Shown here piece by piece: positions 58,801-64,000 of a stretch of 64,000 bases of DNA. Every line of letters begins with the position of its first letter. The stretch's first letter is position 1. This DNA is from a virus. The notes beneath the pieces were generated by a model, which did no database searches, was not told the DNA's origin, and was given only the letters and a program-made list of their open reading frames with translations. A program made the position numbers and the translations under genes. Where the stretch lies: positions 32,001 through 96,000 of the IMG/VR virus record IMGVR_UViG_3300022562_001814. The stretch is one strand, 5' to 3'.

Positions 58801-60386
58801 TAGTGCGTGAAAGTTTATCTCCAGGATTTACAACTAACGTTGATACTATTAGATGGTATTTATGTATAAATTCTAGTGGAGAATTTGAATTTATAGCATC
58901 CACAGATTATGATACTTCTCTAACAGGTACATACGGTTCATTAACTCATGAACGTTTATTTTATGTAAAAAATCCGACCTTAGGTTCGGGGTCTGCTTAT
59001 CCAATTAGAGCAACTTATTTTAATAAATTATTATCTGATTTTAAAGATTTATTACCGCTTTATGTTGTTACAGCAACTGTTGGATTATCTACAACATGGA
59101 AAGTGACAAGTGCTACTATAAGCGATACCAGACGTTTTATTGAAAAAGGATATAACGGATTATCTCAACCATTTACATTGGGTAGACTAGCTTCATTTAG
59201 AACATTAGAATCTTTTCAAACATATATTAATGAATTAACTTCTTATATTTCTTTTGTTAATGATGGTAGAAGTATTTTTGGACAATCCGTTTATGTTAGA
59301 GATACGATGGATATTTCAGGAGCTACCTTCAATCACGCAGTTAAGATTAAATATATTGGTGATGGTGGAAAATTTACGTTTAGTTCGCCAGTAACTGTTA
59401 ATCAAAATACAGAATTTAATAATCTTAATATGACTATAAGTGATGGATATGGTATTAAAATTACAGGCAATGATGTAACAATAGATAGTTGTAATATCAC
59501 TTATAGTTATGATGCTACTAGCGATAGCGATTTTTCTTCTAGCCAATTAAGTAATTTAGGTAAAGCTTGTATATATGGTATAAGTTCTGATTTTACTAAT
59601 TCGAGAGGAAAAAATATCAGTATCAAAAATTGTAAATTTACTACCTCAGTGAGCAATCATTTTCCATTTATTGCATTACTTTTAAATGGACAAACTCATT
59701 ATTATGAAAATATCATTATAGAAAATAATCAAATTGAAAATTCAATTTCTAGTGATGATAAATTAGTAGCAATAGCTTTATCAAGCATGTATATATCTAC
59801 TCCTAGCACACAAACCGGCGCTAGATTGGTTAATTGTAGAATATCTAAAAATGTTTGTAATAAAAATCAATTAATTATAATGAGTGGTAGTGCAAATGGT
59901 TCAAGTAAAATTGCCAATATGCCTGTTCCAGTAAATGTAAGTATAGATAAAAATATTTGTGGAGCGATTTGTTACCTAACAAGACAAGATAGGGCGTTAA
60001 ATATTGCAAATACGACTACCATACTTGATAAAGATAATATGTTGTTAATTTCTCAAAATATGTGTAGATATATTTATTGTGGAACAAATAAAGGATTTAT
60101 TAATGTGGTAGGATCTTCTAATAGAGTATACGAAGGGGATGATTCGACTTGCGGTATTTTATCAGGATCTGACATTTACTCTAGCTCAGTAATAATTGAT
60201 AAGAATACTTGTTCGTGGATTCAAGTAGGAGTTAAAAATCCAACTTCTTACAGTTTTGAGACTCCTATTTTGGAAATTTCTAATAATAAAATAAACGCTT
60301 ATAATGCAACCTTTTTAGATGATTATCATTCTGTCATTTCTGCAAATAATATAGGGCTGATAGCTGATAGTATAGTTGGAACATAA
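55863..60386 (+). CDS. Large virion structural protein (baseplate/fiber scaffold) with C-terminal beta-helix; 5 DGY motifs
   Basis: 1507 aa, Ser/Thr/Asn-rich, with C-terminal I..N.C repeats. Confidence 0.7.
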   Translation: MTKFPSALDTDLELPPVWDNIVEIGEEAINAVRSAMFAVEETLGINPQGSLSSVADRLNVSLNADGTVKPSAIAGLGLVVLPITNDQVSPTAAIDESKLNLIYSTSFLYTLFANLDAAVDVLEGFVSTTGIKVEPHISGAAFRHKLSHIDMNSGTLNKVNISTGTVISRDLTNAYTFASELSNDLLSHTRADNSGNTTTPPANQAHNASGIYINSSNFVSVPQTADDLQSFAEFVDNSSLVLLGSRTQNLFGNGIPRATRNTSLINDTAAEAIVDPTPATTYLLFSAATAPVDDIEHGDNVILLNPGSEVLANNTFDAQFSQVKPGDYITINYGNGTVPVQFTIDSTKKFLNGSTRVYSVRINGKNLYASSDAIIRIDRPFFHNSKYNSLALAAANNSFSELPSLIISNPGGATALGIGFDPDKLDQGHYNLYLALYPTGNPVEKTLVLPAIDVTGDTGNNVGSYSLDGVVETINNKFRQPGFNFRFIAFAYQGQIGITLADRYNDASFSIISGNPDGYGDYTASSNASFPNNIVDNYNGIDPFGFGLSGANVASPPFAISYSTPATALAAPTVIFSPLRKNFFYVDGVERDDFALEVNTIKDGYGDGYWAATLITKQILANRVEVAYEIPLDLCTSGLKVGKTLVVQPAVDIDSSSYNAVDYGRFIISNIAFNNCPGPTSTTTITVYDAIHGTGVSPYLSSINLPVFIYFSDDSVSFNKEHVSDPITNVSFKRFFEVFIDANGKSFTHERARFNTSGSNLTVDSINSFTLYSSAEMAAINLVDISPKLRGYAFGQYRKISLIFNNYNEVNGTFDGYMCKFESPSTYTHIGPTSSGKKGEVVRFYDDTHVDYIDVSISRSSAVSTFANKQIDIQLFPSLQDNREKIIIGTCQLQDTNKQITYLKDKRQFGNITERQFSTSAINYINAPQRLLNENGIVRGFDLVSSTTLTNDNEISVRGGAALIDGKLLDFNDAILSIPIVRESLSPGFTTNVDTIRWYLCINSSGEFEFIASTDYDTSLTGTYGSLTHERLFYVKNPTLGSGSAYPIRATYFNKLLSDFKDLLPLYVVTATVGLSTTWKVTSATISDTRRFIEKGYNGLSQPFTLGRLASFRTLESFQTYINELTSYISFVNDGRSIFGQSVYVRDTMDISGATFNHAVKIKYIGDGGKFTFSSPVTVNQNTEFNNLNMTISDGYGIKITGNDVTIDSCNITYSYDATSDSDFSSSQLSNLGKACIYGISSDFTNSRGKNISIKNCKFTTSVSNHFPFIALLLNGQTHYYENIIIENNQIENSISSDDKLVAIALSSMYISTPSTQTGARLVNCRISKNVCNKNQLIIMSGSANGSSKIANMPVPVNVSIDKNICGAICYLTRQDRALNIANTTTILDKDNMLLISQNMCRYIYCGTNKGFINVVGSSNRVYEGDDSTCGILSGSDIYSSSVIIDKNTCSWIQVGVKNPTSYSFETPILEISNNKINAYNATFLDDYHSVISANNIGLIADSIVGT

Positions 60387-61399
60387 TGTCATTAGAAACT
60401 ACACTTGCAAATATAGTTATTAAAAATAACACTATTGATCAGGGGAAGTTTTCTGATGGAATATCGCCCGTATCGTATAATTATACTTATCATATGTGGG
60501 TTTTTGGTTCAGCAACAATTGATGGTAATGCTTTTGTGGGACCATCAATCAGTTCTGATATGCTTAATATAGATAATTGTAGTTGTATTATAACAAATAA
60601 TAAATTTATTAGAGGTAGTGTTAGTATAAATTCTTATATAAGGAATTATGGTAGTAATGAACAAAGTATAACTAATAATATATTTGATCAGCCAACAACT
60701 GATGGTACAACAGAAACTTTAGTACTTAATTTAACTGATACCTCTATATATGAGAGAAATAAAAATCAAACCAATACAATTATGGTTATGATGGAAGATC
60801 AAAATACTACAACATCACCTTGGTTTTGGGATACGTCCACAAATTATGATCATCATATTCTTGGTAGGGCTTCATCGCCACCAAGCTCTGGTGCAGCTTA
60901 TCTAATACAAGGCGGTCTAGTAAGTAATTCTGCAAATGTCGGTCCGTTAAGAAATGTTGCTTATTTTGTTAATCTTTCACGGGTATTACCCAAAAATGTT
61001 CACGTAATGAGCGCATTGATAGGATTTAAATACGATCAATTACAATCAAATATAGATCAAACCACCACATCAACATTATTATTAAGGTTATCAAAAACAT
61101 TAGCAACAAAGCCGCTAACTAATCCATTTAGCAGCCCTACATCTACAATGGCAAATATAGCAGCTGTATTTTCAGAAGGTAACTTAGAAAATTCCGCAGA
61201 TGTTTCCACAACAATAACAAACGGTAATTATAATACCACTAATTATTATTCTCTTACTAATGATTATTCAACTTCTTATATAAATAATCATATTACAGAT
61301 TTAATAATGATTTTTAGATATAATTTTGCTACAACAGCAAATGCTGGTACATCAAGTTATATATTATCACCGCTGCTCGTTAAATATAGGTGGGTATAA
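60386..61399 (+). CDS. Beta-helix-containing structural protein (fiber tip cassette 1)
   Basis: TAATG-coupled. Contains I.NN.F repeats and ends SPLLVKYRWV. Confidence 0.7.
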   Translation: MSLETTLANIVIKNNTIDQGKFSDGISPVSYNYTYHMWVFGSATIDGNAFVGPSISSDMLNIDNCSCIITNNKFIRGSVSINSYIRNYGSNEQSITNNIFDQPTTDGTTETLVLNLTDTSIYERNKNQTNTIMVMMEDQNTTTSPWFWDTSTNYDHHILGRASSPPSSGAAYLIQGGLVSNSANVGPLRNVAYFVNLSRVLPKNVHVMSALIGFKYDQLQSNIDQTTTSTLLLRLSKTLATKPLTNPFSSPTSTMANIAAVFSEGNLENSADVSTTITNGNYNTTNYYSLTNDYSTSYINNHITDLIMIFRYNFATTANAGTSSYILSPLLVKYRWV

Positions 61400-62430
61400 T
61401 GGCTTTAACATCTTCTATAACGGCTATTAAAATAAATAATAATATTATTGATACTGGAAGTTTTTCTAATGGCATTTCTTCTACTAATTATACATATGAT
61501 TCATTATTGTCATTATATGGTAGTGCCAATATTAAAGGAAATACTTTTTCTGGATGTGTCGGCGGTAGTTCAGGATCTACTGATTTAATAACGGTGTATG
61601 ACGGTTCATGTAATTTTGTAGATAATATTTTTATAAGAGGGGCTGGTTCACCTGTTAATTCATATATTAATATGGTTGGCTCATATGATCAGATTATTAC
61701 TAACAATATATTTGATCAATTTACAACTGATGGTTCATCAGATGAATTAATATCTGGATTAACACAAGGATCTACATTTGTAAATAATAAAAACCAATCG
61801 ATTCTAATTGAAGTTCCGCTAACATCAGATATGATGATGTATAGTGATTCAAGTACTGGTGCAACATGGACGGGTACATATGGTTCTGTAAATTCAGTTT
61901 TTCCTGCAGAAGTTCCATATGTTACTAGCACTACAGGTCCTAATGGTGATTTTTTAACTATTGAAGATAGTGCAGGGGCAGTTACAAGAAGTTGGATTAA
62001 AAGATTTAATTTAGCTACTTTAATCCCCAGGGGTGCTAAAATTATTAATGCACAAGCCGGTACCGCTGCAATTGGCGGTGTTGCTTTAGTAAATGGTTCT
62101 AGTTTTTTTGGAATAAGATTAACAAGCCATAAAAAGATTGCTTTACAGGGTACGACCGGAACTATTTTAGATGTAATTGCAAACAGAGATACTGTCAATA
62201 ATTACGTACAACGAGACGCATATGCAAGTACAGCAATGGATGCTTTAACATATGCTACAACTTATGTTGCACTAGATACGACAAATTATTTATCTTCTGA
62301 TGTTTCTGAAGATTATCGAATGGGATATAATTATAATACCACATTAGAGTGGAAATTTTCATATACTAAAATAGATGGAAGTACAGTTGGTTATGTATTT
62401 TCGCCAGTTATAATTAAATATAGGTGGTAA
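61399..62430 (+). CDS. Beta-helix-containing structural protein (fiber tip cassette 2), paralog of 60386
   Basis: Shares N.FIRG...NSYI...GS..Q.ITNNIFDQ.TTDG with 60386 and ends SPVIIKYRW. Confidence 0.7.
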   Translation: MALTSSITAIKINNNIIDTGSFSNGISSTNYTYDSLLSLYGSANIKGNTFSGCVGGSSGSTDLITVYDGSCNFVDNIFIRGAGSPVNSYINMVGSYDQIITNNIFDQFTTDGSSDELISGLTQGSTFVNNKNQSILIEVPLTSDMMMYSDSSTGATWTGTYGSVNSVFPAEVPYVTSTTGPNGDFLTIEDSAGAVTRSWIKRFNLATLIPRGAKIINAQAGTAAIGGVALVNGSSFFGIRLTSHKKIALQGTTGTILDVIANRDTVNNYVQRDAYASTAMDALTYATTYVALDTTNYLSSDVSEDYRMGYNYNTTLEWKFSYTKIDGSTVGYVFSPVIIKYRW

Positions 62431-62434
62431 ATTA

Positions 62435-63220
62435 ATGGTCTCGACAAATTTTTATAAATCAGATCTTAATAAGATACATAATATAGTGCAAAATACTATG
62501 AATTTGCACTCAAAAGAACTTATTTTATTTTCATTAAGAGATTTTTTTGCTCAAGATACATTTTATCGATATGTTACAGACCATTATGGTTATCCAAAGG
62601 TAGTAGATGTAACAGATTTGCCTTTAGAAGCTGGAATTAATGATGATTCTACTACCAGAATATGTATTCAAGAAGCATTTAAAATGGAACCCGATTTTTA
62701 TCCAGCTTTAATAGTTAAATCAGGGTCTTTTAATTCTATACCTATTTCTTTAAATAGAGAGACCTCCTGTGTTCAGTGGGATGATTTAATTTTTCAAGAT
62801 GGCTATGGTAATATTAAAACTTTTAGAACACCAATTCATTTTATTTTTGCAGGGGCATGGGAAGGCACGATTAATATTGATATTTTAGCCAGAGATATGC
62901 GCTCTAGAGATGATTTAGTTGATTTGACATCCATTTATTTCGTAGATGTTGCTTTTAATGAATTAGTAAAAGAAGGAATAGTGGTATTAAACGTATCAAC
63001 AAGTGGTCCAACAGATACTGATGATAGAAATCATAGATTATTTAAAGATACTGTAAATTTAAAAATACGTACCGAGTGGCGCCGTCACGTTCCAATAGAA
63101 AATATTATAGAAATAATTAATGCGGCTATAGAATTTGGACAAGTTGATGAGGAAATAATAGCACCGAATTTAACTATCAATACAGAACAAACCTTACAAG
63201 AAATATTAAATAATCTGTAA
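62435..63220 (+). CDS. Putative tail completion/terminator protein; 1 DGY motif
   Basis: YPALIVKS...WEGTINIDILAR...RDDLVD...IRTEW. Directly upstream of the sheath gene. Confidence 0.55.
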   Translation: MVSTNFYKSDLNKIHNIVQNTMNLHSKELILFSLRDFFAQDTFYRYVTDHYGYPKVVDVTDLPLEAGINDDSTTRICIQEAFKMEPDFYPALIVKSGSFNSIPISLNRETSCVQWDDLIFQDGYGNIKTFRTPIHFIFAGAWEGTINIDILARDMRSRDDLVDLTSIYFVDVAFNELVKEGIVVLNVSTSGPTDTDDRNHRLFKDTVNLKIRTEWRRHVPIENIIEIINAAIEFGQVDEEIIAPNLTINTEQTLQEILNNL

Positions 63221-63306
63221 TTTTCGTTAATTTAGGTATTAAATAACCGGGTAATAATATCATATTTTACTGATAGTTTGGATTACTATGAATAATAAGG
63301 ATAAAA

Positions 63307-64000
63307 ATGGCTAATCTTCCTGCCGGCGCATCTACACTACCTGGCGTTACAACTGATATTATTACGCAGACGGCCGGGGTCTCAGTTCCAGGTGGCACAC
63401 GCTTAGCGCTTTTGGTTGGTACTGGTGCAAGAACAGAGGTTGTTGTTGCTTCTGCAGTAGGTAATGGTAATGATGGATTAAATTCTGAATACACATCTAC
63501 TACTGGTAGAGATAGTCGACACTTCGTACTTAAAAATGCCCCTATAGTTTCCAATCGCACACAGCTTTTTAAAAATGGGCTTCCACTTGTTGGTATTGAA
63601 AGCACTCTCCCTGATTCTAATTCTTTTGATAATAGATATGATTATCGAATCGATATTGCAAATGGAAGAATAGAATTACAAACAGCTTATATTATCGATC
63701 AAGGCGGCTCGCTCTATTCTATTGGTTCTACAAATGTTGGGTTAGGTAATTTAGATGGTTATGGTGGTCCCACATTAGATGATGAAAATGCTCCAACAGA
63801 AACATGGACCATTAAATGCATTTCGGTACAACGTAATAGTTTAAATCAACCCGTACAAGATACGGCAAAATTTATTGCTTTTGGTTCTGTTTCAGGGGTT
63901 AAACTAAATTCTTCAGGCAGCCCTATTGTATGGGTAGCTAATGGACAATTAGTAAGTAACGGTATAATTAGTTTCGCTATTAATGAAACTAAATCTATGA
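63307..64000 (+). CDS. Tail sheath protein, 3'-truncated by the window edge
   Basis: Translated by hand as MANLPAGASTLPGVTTDIITQTAGVSVPGGTRLALLVGTG, the PGV...hhhG start typical of sheath proteins. AAGGA RBS and open to the window end. Confidence 0.7.
   Translation, partial: MANLPAGASTLPGVTTDIITQTAGVSVPGGTRLALLVGTGARTEVVVASAVGNGNDGLNSEYTSTTGRDSRHFVLKNAPIVSNRTQLFKNGLPLVGIESTLPDSNSFDNRYDYRIDIANGRIELQTAYIIDQGGSLYSIGSTNVGLGNLDGYGGPTLDDENAPTETWTIKCISVQRNSLNQPVQDTAKFIAFGSVSGVKLNSSGSPIVWVANGQLVSNGIISFAINETKSM

Noticed and set aside
55863-62430. Diversity-generating retroelement or invertase shufflon acting on the fiber cassettes
   Set aside because: There is no reverse transcriptase or recombinase, no near-identical TR/VR pair and no inverted cassette in the window.
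15641-63306. Recurrent AGGAT(A) just upstream of structural gene starts
   Set aside because: It is adequately explained as an ordinary AGGA Shine-Dalgarno core followed by an AT-rich spacer.
63267-63605. Minus-strand 112-aa ORF
   Set aside because: It is antisense to the tail sheath gene, which the track omitted because it lacks a stop codon in the window.
1-64000. tRNA, rRNA or group I intron RNA genes
   Set aside because: Intergenic gaps are short and AT-rich, and I saw no cloverleaf or intron core by eye. tRNAscan-SE or Infernal would be needed to exclude them formally.

Overview
AT-rich (roughly 30% GC by eye), densely coding, standard-genetic-code segment of a large myovirus-type (jumbo-like) phage genome covering most of the virion morphogenesis module. 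It contains a GpA-like terminase, an intein-containing portal, a prohead protease-scaffold polyprotein, about 20 probable internal-head or ejection proteins, two decoration-like proteins, an HK97-fold major capsid protein, neck, fiber and tail-completion genes, and the 5' part of the tail sheath. Interspersed are a divergent tRNA nucleotidyltransferase/poly(A) polymerase-family enzyme, a Cys-dependent phosphatase, a GH73-like hydrolase, a DNA methyltransferase, RNase HII, a cold-shock protein and homing endonucleases. The most striking unexplained pattern is a two-code partition of the virion proteome. Proteins encoded in the first 35 kb repeatedly carry a K-x-A/S/G(-Q) motif, a candidate prohead-protease site, and several accessory genes have a grafted 'LAxKF...KxA' leader, a candidate capsid-targeting signal. 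Predicted exterior structural proteins instead carry a strongly enriched Asp-Gly-Tyr tripeptide: 30 copies in 13 ORFs counted by hand, none in the ORFs before 27 kb. All product calls rest on motif recognition by eye; no database searches were run.
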